A stretch of 64,000 nucleotides of DNA from Phoronis australis (taxonomy: Eukaryota; Animalia; Phoronida). Where the stretch lies: assembly GCA_002633005.1 (NCBI GenBank), contig NMRA01000309.1, positions 124,001 through 188,000 of the forward strand, in the 5' to 3' direction. This document shows positions 36,969 to 48,647 of the stretch, piece by piece. The notes beneath the pieces are model-generated. The model was not told where the DNA came from and ran no database searches. It worked only from the letters and a program-made list of their open reading frames with translations. The translations under genes were made by a program, and so were the position numbers. How positions within the stretch are numbered: the first letter of the stretch is position 1; every line of letters begins with the position of its first letter.

Positions 36969-37422
36969 GGCTTGGCTTGGAAAGAACTGGCAGTCCGTTA
37001 TTTTTTCAGACCAAGCTCATAAAATTTCAGGTCACTGCGTGAGCAATGAATAACTGTTTGAAGCCATGAAATCACCTCTAATTTGACTTAGGAACAATAC
37101 GATAGCAGTTTCATAATGGTAAGTGTCCTAAATCAAAACTTGTTTTTACGGTGACCACGGATTTAATACAGCTGAAGGTGTTGAACAATGCATTGCTTAT
37201 CGTGCGTTACCTTCGAGCTTGGCGATATTGTCACTTTACCTTTTGTTCTGGGGTATCAAACAGTTAAAGAAACCTCTACGGTAGTCACTTGCTAATGCAT
37301 CATTGCCTTCAATGTTGAAAGACAAATGCAGGAATCAACTAAAACTCATACCCCCCTATCTCACAAATTGGACATTATGGTCCTTGGTGGGTGGTCCCAC
37401 AGTTGCCGTGTAATTCACTAAA

Positions 37423-37578
37423 TTTGCCCATTTAGCAGATTTCGAAAGGAGTTTTCAAATTTTCCTCCAAACTTTTGAGGGTTGTCGACGGATACAGAAA
37501 GTTATTTTGTTTCAAAGAATTGGATGCGTTTTTAATATCTGTTAATAAGGCCAAAACCGAGTTTGGTATCCTTTTTAA
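37423..37578. mobile_element. Kolobok-type terminus (also at 38258-38340 and 44480-44644)
   Basis: Shared ccaaacttttgagggttgtcga..tatctgttaataaggccaaaacc..tatcc(c)t followed by TTAA. Confidence 0.6.
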
Positions 37579-40500
37579 GTTATTAAAACTTGAAAAAACG
37601 TTCAAGGTTTGTTGATTATCTGCTATCCTNACGCTGTTGTGGTTGCTCGGCCTAAACGCTGGGGTAAAATATATATTCAATGAACGTGACCATGGTGAGG
37701 CTACTAGACCGGGCCCGGCCACTTTTCCGCCCGGCGTGATTTTGGCAAATTCACAACCATAATTTTAATTAGGTTGAAACATAACCACTATATTTTTTAA
37801 ATTATGCTTGAATTATACATGGTGATATACATGTTAGGTTTTATTCTCTGCGATATTTTCTTTTTCGTTCAATGTCTCGTTAGCCAACAACACTGAGCCC
37901 AGCAGACCGGACTGGCTGACGGTGGCCGCGGCACGACACGGCAGCTGATGGTTCACCAATACAAGTAGAAACGTCTGTATTTAATGTTCTATCAACACAA
38001 GATTCAGTTCACACAAGAATGTCACATGACTTTAAGCAGCGCTGCCTGTTAGTAAAGCATCATTGCATCCAGCGCCATCTGTTTGCCGTAAAGGTTTTGG
38101 ATGAGCGGGTACCTTTTGCGTCGGCGACCATCAAACTCAAGGTCCCGGGTTCGACTCCGTCCTCGGTTTCCCGCCAAATCGTTATCTCACTAGTGAGATA
38201 ACTTTATGGGTTATTACACGGTTGTATCTGCCATTTGACGCTAATATTGTGGTATAAAGAAAGTTATTTTGTTTCAAAGAATTGGATGCGTTTTTAATAT
38301 CTGTTAATAAGGCCAAAACCGAGTTTGGTATCCTTTTTAAGTTATTAAAACTTGAAAAAACGTTCAAGGTTTGTTGATTATCTGCTATCCTTGGGCATTT
38401 TATCCAAAGGATTGACGTTTTATCTCAAGAAAGGTGTAAAATACCCCAGATAGTTTTCCTTTAAACAATCGTCAATTCTCACTGGTAGACAATAACTACC
38501 GGTAACCAACATAGATCGTTGAAAGTAAATAATACACTGTAAGAGAGTCGTAACTCACTATTTTTCTATTTCGAAAATTCAACGAGAAATGCTTCTCGTC
38601 ATTGGTAAATTTCTTCAGATTCACGTTTTTACACATTTCCATAGAAATCGGTGCATTTTATCCCAGAGCCAGAGGGAAGCGGTATATATATTTGTCTTGC
38701 GTAGAGAAGTCTAAAGTATTTTTCTGAAAATAATGGCAGTGGCTAATGTCTCGCATATGTATACAGACGGCTCATTATATTGTGTGGGGGCGAAACGCGC
38801 TTTTGATCGGATTTCAAGTTTTGTGAACTCTGAGACGGGCAAAGGGGAGTACAAGAGTTTTGTTTGTCGACATTTTAGTACAATTTTAGAGAGATAAGAT
38901 ACACTTTAATGTTATAATCATCAAACCCCACTTCCACATGGTGAATTTTACAATTTGAAACTGTTTTATTAATAAAGTTATGAACATGTTTTGCTGGTGG
39001 TTTTATGTTCAGTGTCGCACAGAGTTTAATTACCTTGTGTATGCCAGGTTACGTGAGTACGAACTAATTCACGTGATGAACAGATTAGAGAGCTCTGTCA
39101 GCTCTTGAAAATATATAGCCACGAGATTTTCAACAATTTTCTAGATTTTGTCTTAGTCAATGACATTACACATAGAATGTATTTTTGATCACAGATATTA
39201 TCGTTGGTAGGCAGTGTCGAGCGATATCACGTTAAGCCTGGATAAACAATGATTAAAGTGCTTTCCTTAAAGTACGCAGTGTGCACGAAGTATCAGACAT
39301 ATTAATCAGCCGTGTTTTTTTAAATACAATAACACCCTGATATGTGCATGTAAATTCTGTATTAAATGTCACAGATTTTCGCCTATTGTAAATTTTGTTG
39401 TTTTGTGTCCACAAAAATTCACTGACTGAACGGCTAAAAGAAGATAATACTGTACATATCAAACCTGGTAGAAAGTGATGAAAAGAGGAGAAAACAAATG
39501 CAAGTGCTTTCAGTTTATACCAGGGATATCTGCACAAGTCAAGGAGTCAACTGAGTACGTTGAACGTTGTATTTCCGTGATGTGCTAGTTAGACCCCTCT
39601 TTATTTACGCTACGAGAAAGCTTCAGAATCTAAACAATCTGGTATGGTGGGCACGCATCGTTTCAAATCGTCACTTGCTTGTGAAAATGCTCGCTTCTCT
39701 TCACAGCAGCCTCGACACGGATTTTAAAACTGCCATGAAAGCATCTTTTTACCACTGGCATTAACTTGTTCGTTGCCTGATTGGATCTGATTTCTGGACT
39801 TCCTTTGGTAAAAAGTGGCATTTCGTCATTGCTTTGAGCCAAGATCGATGAGCTGCTGGGACATGGTGCCAGGTCATTTGCCGAACATGATCTCGTCTCA
39901 TTGATACATCGGTCACAAAATTTCCGACGCCTTTCCGAAGAGTTTGCAGCAGAAGAACGGTGATGTTGGTCTGGAGTCGGAAACTGGCGTCAAAAATGTC
40001 CAATCACCACTGGTGATCTGACGTGCTGTGCATCGGAACAGAACTCAGTCGGTAGGATCTGCCGAGCCTCACCAGATATGTGACCAGGGCACGAGAAACA
40101 ACTCGAGATCGATTGTATTGCGGTAAACCGTCTCAGGAACTGGGTCCATGGCAGCTGTGGTACATAAACGGCAGGCTAGCGCGATAATTCGTGCACGTTT
40201 TTGGTTAATAGTCGAGAGAAGCTGGTCTTGAGTATATAATCATCGTGCTGTCCTAGTAGAAATAATATTGATGATTTGTGTGCTGCATAAAGATGGTCAG
40301 GTTTATTTGAAGTGTGATCTTTCTCGCTGTGTGAAGCCTCGAAACTGGCTACACAACAATGCAAGAGCTTCGCAAAGCGTTGAATACGTCCACGACTGCT
40401 CCGTAGGGGAGCGGTTGTTAGTTTCATGTAACAAAATTAGACTTATTTCGCCCATATAGATTACAAAGCTGCAATCTACTGATGCAGGGCATCTCCATGC

Positions 40501-40711
40501 AGTCATACCCCTCTGTCAAGGTCCATGAACAAAATGTCAAGTCGTTTTGACAACAATCAACGGACAGGCAATATTTTGTCAAAAACTGAAATAGCTAACG
40601 AGGGTGTCCACTCTAGCCTGGTTTCAGCATGTAGCGTGCAGTCAGACTCGTGGAAGCCGAAAATGCAATAAAGTTACTGACTGTAATGAGCTGATGCTCG
40701 GACAGTAAGGT

Positions 40712-40911
40712 TATAAATGTGTTACCATCACCCAACATGGACTTAAACGTATATAAATGTGTTACCATCACCCAACATGGACTTAAACGTATATAAATGT
40801 GTTACCATCACCCAACGTGGACTTAAACGTATATAAATGTGTTACCATCACCCAACATGGACTTAAACGTATATAAATGTGTTACCATCACCCAACATGG
40901 ACTTAAACGTA
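40712..40911. repeat. 40-bp tandem repeat, 5 copies
   Basis: tataaatgtgttaccatcacccaacatggacttaaacgta x5, one substitution. Confidence 0.95.
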
Positions 40912-41849
40912 GCCTTTCCGTTCGGAGGACCATCCTTCGTGGCTAAGGTACTTCATATTTAGTATTTAATCTATGGTCGACGTCGTTTTTATGACAAATC
41001 AGGAGCCAGAATATATCCGTCCGAGCCATGTTGTACTGATATGGTGCTTGTCTAGTGTTCACTGACCCACACCTAACATGTCTTCATTCAAAGTTCCATC
41101 AAAATTGTAAATTCCATGAAAAATGGGCAAAAAGCATTACCAGAAATTATGATCTCTGAGTTAGAACGAAGTAAATCTGATGGTACATTCTCCAAAGGGT
41201 AAATAACAACTAGTCCTTAAAGCTCGTTGGAAATAGTCCAATTCGCTTATGCGTCCTACAAATTTTTTACTTAGACTACGCGATCGTGAATTAAATTCTT
41301 GAATATGTGCAAGAAAACTTGTGAAAAATGAATCTCACCAAAGAGTTCTTGTCGCACCCTCCATCCCAATTTCCTGTCTTTAACAAGACATGAACAGTCT
41401 TCACTTTAACTTCACAACGCAAGGAATTTTCATTTCTTCCTGTTGGGTTGACTAAAAATGAAAATCGAAAAAAGGCCTTTTACTCTCATAAAATCGGTCT
41501 CTTAATATTCCTATCGTGATAGGGCTCAATTTGAGTTTATTGGGGTGGCCAATGCTAAAACTCTAAAAAATTAGAAAAGAAATGAATTATATAACTAAAT
41601 TGCTACAGATTCCGCAAATTGATCTAAAGCAACTTTTGCAATTAGGGCGTCCCGGATTACACTGAGAGACAGAACTTTCCTTTGTTCCGGAGGTAAGAAA
41701 GCGCTTTACTTTCATTTACTTAGTTTTGGAATATCAGGCACATCTTCATTGCGTGTCGGAAGCGGTCGAACTGAATGGTCGTGGAAATCACATTCCGGAA
41801 TTCAACCGTTTAAAGGTACCAGAATTGAAAAGTATCTTCAAGAAAGGGG

Positions 41850-42028
41850 ATTCTTTTGGGTTCGATAGTAACTCAACGAACTTGCTTTATCCACGAAAGC
41901 CGCAATTTCTTGTCTATGGTTGATGTCGGGAAGGTGACGAACTTAACACCACACATCCACGGATATTTGTCAAATTTATCCAACTTTCTCGCGCCGGAGT
42001 TGTAGCCCACATCACATCAGTAATACAT
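41850..42028 (-). pseudogene. THAP-domain remnant of a DNA transposon
   Basis: MYY*CDVGYNSGARKLDKFDKYPWMCGVKFVTFPTSTIDKKLRLSWIKQVR* matches the THAP C..C/FP/W pattern; TTAA|AGGTACC end at 41810-41820. Confidence 0.6.
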
Positions 42029-43899
42029 TGTTTGCATTGGAAAAACCAATAGAGTGATGCAACGGAAAAACAAAATTATACAAGCATACGAAAGCAACGA
42101 AGAACACGTTGAATTCCAATGGCGCGAAAACGCCAAGCTCCACAAGTGCTCGGCGGATATTGCGGCGAGATTCGAGTGTCTCTGTGTAATCCGAAATGTC
42201 CATATTCTTGGATGTTTGAGAGATGCCTGAAATCGCAGCAGATTCCTCAGTAACTGGACAAGAATGCATCAGCGCCCCAGTTTGTCGCCAGTTTGAAGAA
42301 GGTGTGTCTACTACGGAAATAGTGGACTTTTGTCATTCACAATGTCAACAAATACAATCAAACGAGAATCACTGAGTCTTCTTGTAACACATACCAATGC
42401 CCAACTTTTCCTACCTCAACTACACGCACACGAGGCCGCTGCTACAGTCTAACTGCAGAGTGCCATTTTCGCCGGAAAGGGATTGTTCTTCCGAGCACTC
42501 ATTGCCTGACACGTCAATGTGGCAAACATTGACAAAAAGTTTCCAACGTTAGCTGCAGCAGAGAAGTCGCAAAAATTTGTGAAAAGCGTTAATGCTCCGG
42601 TGCCTAGCCAGAATATTCAATAGACTGACCCAAAGCTGGAATTCAATTAAGCGACTGTCCGGGACAGGTGGTTCTATCTCTTCACGGCTACATACAGTAC
42701 ATCAATATTAGCGTCTATAAATCAATTTCCTGAATAGCATTTGATCGTATGTTCTTTTAATAATTTATTTTTCAAAATCCACCAAGGAAAAGACAAAACA
42801 CATCTATACACGTACGCACACGCACACACGCGCGCGAGCACGCGCGCGTCGTTTAACTTACAAAATCATGGTTGTTGCAGATAACATGGAACTCTAGTTC
42901 TGAAATGGCAACTCCTGCACGTGACCAATGAGATCGCGACCCCGAGACTAGCCGCGAAAGTTTGCACTGAGAGTTTCCGGCTGTCTGCTCGACTCAGTTT
43001 TGATCAACTGTTGGAGTTACAAAATCAAGTCTAATTTCATTGCTTCGCTTCAATTTCATTTTGACATTTTTGTTCATGAAGCGAGACTCTTGAGCTACGG
43101 TTCTAGGCAACCAGAGATTTTCCGGCAAAAGTCAAAAAGCCGACAATTACATTGGTCATTCTTTATACCCACCGGCCCGTGGCCAATGATACCTTTTCAT
43201 CTCCAATCTTAGAACCGCTTTTGACAACTATAAATTAGGAGTTTTTCAAGAAGACAATTTTGGGTGCTAAAATAACGTTACTATATTTTACACTAAGAAG
43301 TGACACTTGGATTATGATTGTTTGTTTTGCAATTATAAACGAAAAGTTTAGCCCCTACTAGCAAGTGTGTTTACGTGACTTTCGAAAAAACTCTTTCCAT
43401 AATAATTCATTTCTGCAATGTTTACCTGTTACTGAGATACTTTTTGTGAATTCAATTTCTGAGCAGTGAATGTTATCTGTAGTATTTACCTATACCCGTG
43501 AAAAAAATGTAACGTTCACGTTGTAAAAAATCCAACTCATTACTTTGTGTAGTGCTGACAGTGTACAATGTTCTTGCCAATTGTCCAGCTCTAGGTCGAC
43601 TATCCCACTTTTTGATTTTTCCCGCTGTACCGCCACACTTCAAAATGTCCCACTTTTTGACACACGGCGACACTGACACATTATCATATACTGCTGTAAT
43701 TTCCCACGCCACACAGCATCATTTTCCCGTTCGACTAAAAGGAAAAATTGGACGTTTCATGGGTTGTCGAAGCACCTCCTATTGTCCATTCGACTTAAAA
43801 ACGCCGTCGGACGCTGCTGTCGGGGCGTTTTTGTGTTTTGCGGCGAACATTAATCCCTTGCGTTTTGGCTTAGACCTGGACGTCCCGCTTTTTTACCCG

Positions 43900-44230
43900 G
43901 AGGTCTCTGGAACGAACTGCAGGTTTTGTTGGTTTAGTTGTAAAGACGGCATCCAGTTACTGCGATACGCAACTGTCCTCGACTGTTGGTCCGCAGTTTG
44001 GTACGCTTGGCAGGTGTTCCGCTGCAATTTCGATATGACAGGACAGGAAGCACTGCCACAGTATTCGAGTGACTTGGGTCAACTGGTCCCGGGAACGAGG
44101 ACCTGCCATCTTTTTGATCTGGGCCACCGTCGTCATGTTGTCCAAATGTAGGGCCTGTCCTTCGTGGAACACATGGTTTCATTAGTCACCAATACAATGT
44201 AGCTCCTAATGTGTTTTGCTTTAGAAGTGG
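43900..44230 (-). pseudogene. DIRS-type retrotransposon RNase H remnant
   Basis: LHLDNMTTVAQIKKMAGPRSRDQLTQVTRILWQCFLSCHIEIAAEHLPSVPN matches the DIRS1 RNase H pattern DN.T.VA.I.K.GG.RS..L......LW......I...AEHLPG..N. Confidence 0.7.
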
Positions 44231-44644
44231 ATTGAAAAGAGTTCAATCTGTTCTTATGCTATTTGCAGACGATCTTTACAGCCTGATGGATGTGCAGGTT
44301 TATTATTGTTGTACTTCCAATGTGTTTATGCTTTCACCTCAGAGGAAACCTTGAGTAGTTGTTTAACAAAACTCTTTCCGTTGACGGATGATGATGTACC
44401 GTACTGTGCATGATACAAGGCAATCAACACACACTCGTCTCGTTCTTAGCTAAAAATATGCCGGGTCATGCGCACACGCTTGCCCGTTTACCTGACTTTG
44501 AAAGGAATTTTTAAATTTTCATCCAAACTTTTGAGGGTTGTCGAGTGTTACAAAGCATTATTTTGTTCCAGGGACGGAACTAGACGGGAAAGTCGTGGTT
44601 AGTATCTGTTAATAAGGCCAAAACCGGGTTTGATATCCCTTTAA

Positions 44645-45268
44645 TGATAGTTAGGGATGCTTTTATGGAATTGTATTATTTAACAGAACGCTTAGTAATA
44701 AACGCCAACATGGCAACCGTCGCAATCCCGACTCAGGACAAGCAAGAGCTCATCAGTCCCGACTTCGCAGGTGGATCGTTAAGTTTTACAGGCTATCAAT
44801 TCGAACCGGAATACAGTGATGAAGAAATACTAGAGAGGCGCCGTGAACAAGCTCAGACAACGGAGTTATTTGGTAAGCCGGCATTCGTCAGGCACTGTCG
44901 ACGTCTGCAGGCCACAGACACGGATATGTTTCACGGCCTCTTACTTGCTATTTACAGCGTACTTTTCATTCTTCACTACCATGAGCCGCTTCCTAAGCAT
45001 TTCGGACTCTCGAGGAAGTAAAAAACGATATACCCGGTTTCTTCGCAGCTGCTGAGTTCGGACAAGCGGGAACGATGCACCGCAACATAGCGGCATTCAC
45101 TCTGCATATGAACCACTGACGTCGCTAGAGTCGTTTCTCACCTTCCTCACAGGTTAACGCGACACCTCTTGGCAAGGTAAGATCGACCGTATGCGAGGCG
45201 ATGTGGATATAGACCGATTAAGACGGCAAAAAGACTAATTAAATCGGGTGGCATTCTCATTTAAGTCT
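44645..45268. mobile_element. Internally deleted Kolobok remnant: KolX-like exon (+, 44710-44872) convergent with THAP (-, 45088-44905)
   Basis: Plus strand GYQFEPEYSDEEILERRR with donor GTAAGC; minus strand MLRCIVPACPNS..GISFF/LPRESEMLRKRLMVVKN..*EAVKHIRVCG; bounded by TTAA on both sides. Confidence 0.7.
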
Positions 45269-45519
45269 TTAAAGGCGAAGACAACCTTTTTTCATGTCAT
45301 TTTGAGCTAAAATAAGGTTGGTTGGTTATCCTAGACATATTTTCCACTTAATTACAGCTTTTCGTAATTTTATTAATTACTCGTCCTCTACTCCGGAAGT
45401 GACGTTTTAGGAGGCAAGCGTTTCCCGCCACTTAGTTTTCGTTGAGTTTACCGTGCGAATCTGTTCTATTCTACTTTTGTTTTGTGCTGTTTTTCAACAA
45501 TTGTCGCCACCACTTTCCA

Positions 45520-45798
45520 TCGGCGAGTATTCTGCGGCAAGATGACCCGTATCACAGTGACAGTAGTGTGAGTGACGGAGACCTTGTTCACAGCAGTGGT
45601 GACGAGGAATTTTTTCACGGACATTCAGTGGGTGGGTACATGTTTGAGCCCGATTATAACGAGGCAGAGTACGCACAGGCACAGGCAGCTGTTGAGAGAA
45701 ACGAGGCGGCTACTGAGGACAGACGTGGTGACACATCTTGGTGCAAATGCACTGTCTGCGTTGTTATGCCTACCTCAATGGAATGCTTGTGCTGTTCG
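45520..45798 (+). pseudogene. KolX-like accessory ORF N-terminus (related to the P2X7 C-terminal ballast domain)
   Basis: VGGYMFEPDYNEAE...DRRGDTSWCKCTVCVVMPTSMECLCC. Confidence 0.8.
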
Positions 45799-45799
45799 A

Positions 45800-46803
45800 C
45801 GAGGCCAAGCCACTACTGGAAACGGTTAAGTGGACCTCCGGCATACCACGGACAGAGGAACAACTGTCCAACTTGCCAGAGTGTCCCGCGACACATTCCC
45901 ACTGGATGGTGACCTGAGCACCCAAACTGCTTTGTCGTGTGACTCCCTCGCCACACACCTGGCACCTTCTAAATAGCACTTTAGACAAGTCCACAGTAAA
46001 CTTATCAAAGTTTGGCTCACCGATCTGTTCATTGGACGACGAACTGTCCTCTTCACTGGGTGTAGAACTGGGCCTGTAATCACTCCCTCTACTCAATATC
46101 GCTGCAGGGCTGCTTAGAGGCTCTGGGCTGGAGAAAACAGTGCAGGGCGAATCACTACTGGTTCCAGGAACGGCACGCTCTGGGGGTACGTTCGGAGGCA
46201 CGGGTGACAGTGGATGAAGTGGCTCCACTGGCTCCAGTCACTGTACTGGCCACAGCTCGCGAGGCTTCTCTCTTCAAAAACGCACTTCTCGGGGGTGGCG
46301 ACGGGGCACTGCCGGGAATCAACACAGACGGAATGGCATCCTTCTTCATGCGTTGTTTCGCAGGGACCTTCATCAGTTCAGCGTACAAATCCCTTTCGTA
46401 ATCGGACGGCAGAAAGTGCTTGCCACACACACGGTAATTCTCGACTGCTTTGTACGTTGCGTGGACGGGTAACGCTGCGTTCTTCACACGAACGAGCCAA
46501 GTATGGCGAAGTGTGTCATCCATCGGAAAGCGATTATTTTCATTCGTTGTCATATATCATTGTATCCTTAACATCAGTTTTTTTATTTATGTATTTGTAT
46601 ATAATCATTGTATATAGACTTCTTTGTATTTTTTACCCAGATCTAATGCCTCTTGGCGCTTTCTGGGTTATGTATATTCATTGTATTCTGAAGATTTCGT
46701 AATAAACATTAAAAAAAATCGGAAAGCGATGCTAAGGTACTCCCAGAGTGCGCGTGAGACGATAATTAGTACATCCCGGTCCGCAGCAACAGTGTGGCAT
46801 CAT
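45800..46803 (-). pseudogene. THAP-domain Kolobok transposase N-terminus (stop, insertion, frameshift, truncated)
   Basis: MMPHCCCGPGCTNY..*HRFPMDDTLRHTWLVRVKN..RVCGKHFLPSDY..DAIPSV, then a Ser-rich linker and CQVC..WECVAGH. Confidence 0.85.
46535..46717 (+). mobile_element. 5'-truncated retroposed 3'-UTR with AATAAA and A-tail
   Basis: 13-bp TSD ATCGGAAAGCGAT at 46522-46534 and 46718-46730; removing it restores the THAP HRFP reading frame. Confidence 0.85.
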
Positions 46804-47639
46804 GTTGACTGACTAGTAAATGAAAGCAAACGACGACGTAACTTAACACAACCGAGGTAAAACAATGATTGACTCGGCAGCTCTCACAGCCAGACTATAT
46901 GAAAAGAAATTGGCGCGAAATGCTTGCCTCCTAAAACGTCACTTCCGGAGTAGCGAACGAGTAATTAACAAAATTACGAAAAGCTGTAATTAAGTGGAAA
47001 ATATGTCTAGGATAACCAACCAACCTTATTTTAGCTCAAAATGACATGAAAAAAGGTTGCCTTCGCCTTCAAAAAAATAAAAGATTTTTACGTAAAATGC
47101 TACGGACCGAAAATGCCCCTACTAAAAATGCCGAACTATCCCCTGCCAGGTTTTCGAGAAATATGGCGTGGCATTTTGTAGTGTTGAAGAACATAAATGG
47201 ATATTATATCGTTTTGAAGCACGTTTCTCTTCATGACTGCACATAAAATCGTTAGTTGGGTGTAAAACATCTTGCGATTCTTGTGCTATGTATAGCAAAA
47301 CATGCCGAAACAGCACTGATCTCCCTTTCAGTGTCTCATCAATTTGTCTATTCGTTGAGAAACCTGAATCACGCATGTGAGTTTTTAAAGACGTCATTAA
47401 AGATAGAAAGCCTTTCAAACTGATTTGTTAAATCTTACTCGTCAGGAGATTATTTTAGATCGCGTTTAATGGATTTTTTAGTCCAATTAACTTTCGCAGA
47501 GGATCAGCAACCATGAGAAATTCATGCATACATTATAAGTAGCGTGGTCGCTGTAACTATTTAAAGAGATAAATTCGGATCTGCAGACAGCAAGGTTTGA
47601 ACAGTTTTGAAAAGGAGATCTTGTTTTTGAGTATTTAAA

Positions 47640-48647
47640 ATGCGCGGTTCTGCTTATACCAATATTTCGTCACCATTGAGAGCGAAAGATTTTCAAACGA
47701 TTTCTGAGACGACAGCCAAAATAATGCTGATTGTGAAGGGATTCTCGGTGGTTTTCATTGTTGGTGGCAATTTGTTTGTCTTGGTGGCTTTTGCCAGATC
47801 GAAATCCATACTTAAGAAGACGTGCAATATTTACCTTTTGATTTTATCAGTGATCGATCTCGTTGTTGGTGCGCTAGGGCTACCGATGTTCATTTTCAGA
47901 GACGTTTCGTTAAATTTGTTCCATTCTGATGCCGCCATACCTTGGTTTTATAGGAACCGAACTATTTGTATGTTGGCAACTTTCGGAATTTCACAGCCAC
48001 TTACTTGGTCAGCCACGTGCCTCGTTTTAATTTCTTTGGACCGGTTTATTGCTACGTTTTTTCCAATTCGTTACCATAGCTTCATGACTAGAAGGACCGT
48101 TATTATATTAGCTTTGACAATGCTCACTGTGGCAAGCTTGCCGTTATACATGGGACTAGCCAATGCCAAATATACGTACAATTCACGATACCGTTGTCGT
48201 GGTGGACAAGTTGGAGGGAAGTGGGCGTTTGTCGTCCTCCTTTCGTGGAGTGCTGTACCGTTTTCTATCATCGTCCTGCTTTACGCGTGCATTGGGATAA
48301 AGCTTTGGACACGACGAAACAAAGTCCGTGGCTTCGGAATGACTGTCAACGACATTGCTCCGAATCAAAGTGCGGTGAACGAAATCCGATTTACAAAGAT
48401 AATGGCTCTCGTCGTCGGAACATTCGTTTTCTTTATGCTGCCAATTTTCTTAACACACATGCTGATTATGTACATAATGCGCATGCCTCGTGCAGCACGC
48501 TCTACTATTATACTAATCTCCAAGTGCATGGCTCAAGCCAATAGTTTCATGAATCCCGTTATATACACTGTCACAAACAAGCAAATAAGGCACCAGTTGT
48601 ATCAAACGTTGCGTGGTTTCCCACAGCTCGGGAACAACTCTAATTGA
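47640..48647 (+). CDS. Rhodopsin-like (class A) GPCR, intronless CDS, orphan, 335 aa
   Basis: Seven hydrophobic segments; GN (TM1), LSVIDL (TM2), C3.25, ISLDRF, FFMLP (TM6), NSFMNPVIY (TM7); N-terminal glycosylation sequon NIS. Confidence 0.95.
   Translation: MRGSAYTNISSPLRAKDFQTISETTAKIMLIVKGFSVVFIVGGNLFVLVAFARSKSILKKTCNIYLLILSVIDLVVGALGLPMFIFRDVSLNLFHSDAAIPWFYRNRTICMLATFGISQPLTWSATCLVLISLDRFIATFFPIRYHSFMTRRTVIILALTMLTVASLPLYMGLANAKYTYNSRYRCRGGQVGGKWAFVVLLSWSAVPFSIIVLLYACIGIKLWTRRNKVRGFGMTVNDIAPNQSAVNEIRFTKIMALVVGTFVFFMLPIFLTHMLIMYIMRMPRAARSTIILISKCMAQANSFMNPVIYTVTNKQIRHQLYQTLRGFPQLGNNSN

Larger units (their letters stand above)
45273..47068. mobile_element. Kolobok DNA transposon, internally deleted
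   Basis: ~160-bp TIRs AGGCGAAG..ccggaagtgacg.. / ..CTTCGCCT; flanks TTAA and TCAA; convergent KolX-like and THAP-transposase ORFs fused near 45800. Confidence 0.9.

Noticed and set aside
39660-40500. Minus-strand open frames, including a ~110-codon Met-poor frame and a KRARIIALAC GPCR-like snippet
   Set aside because: No consistent frame or family motif could be assembled
40712-40911. CRISPR-like repeats (also 26858-26997)
   Set aside because: Head-to-tail repeats without spacers
43552-44151. 199-aa plus-strand ORF
   Set aside because: No recognisable motif; antisense shadow of the DIRS remnant
48510-48565. GPCR as an opsin because of a Lys in TM7
   Set aside because: The Lys is at 7.39; the retinal-binding position 7.43 is Gln
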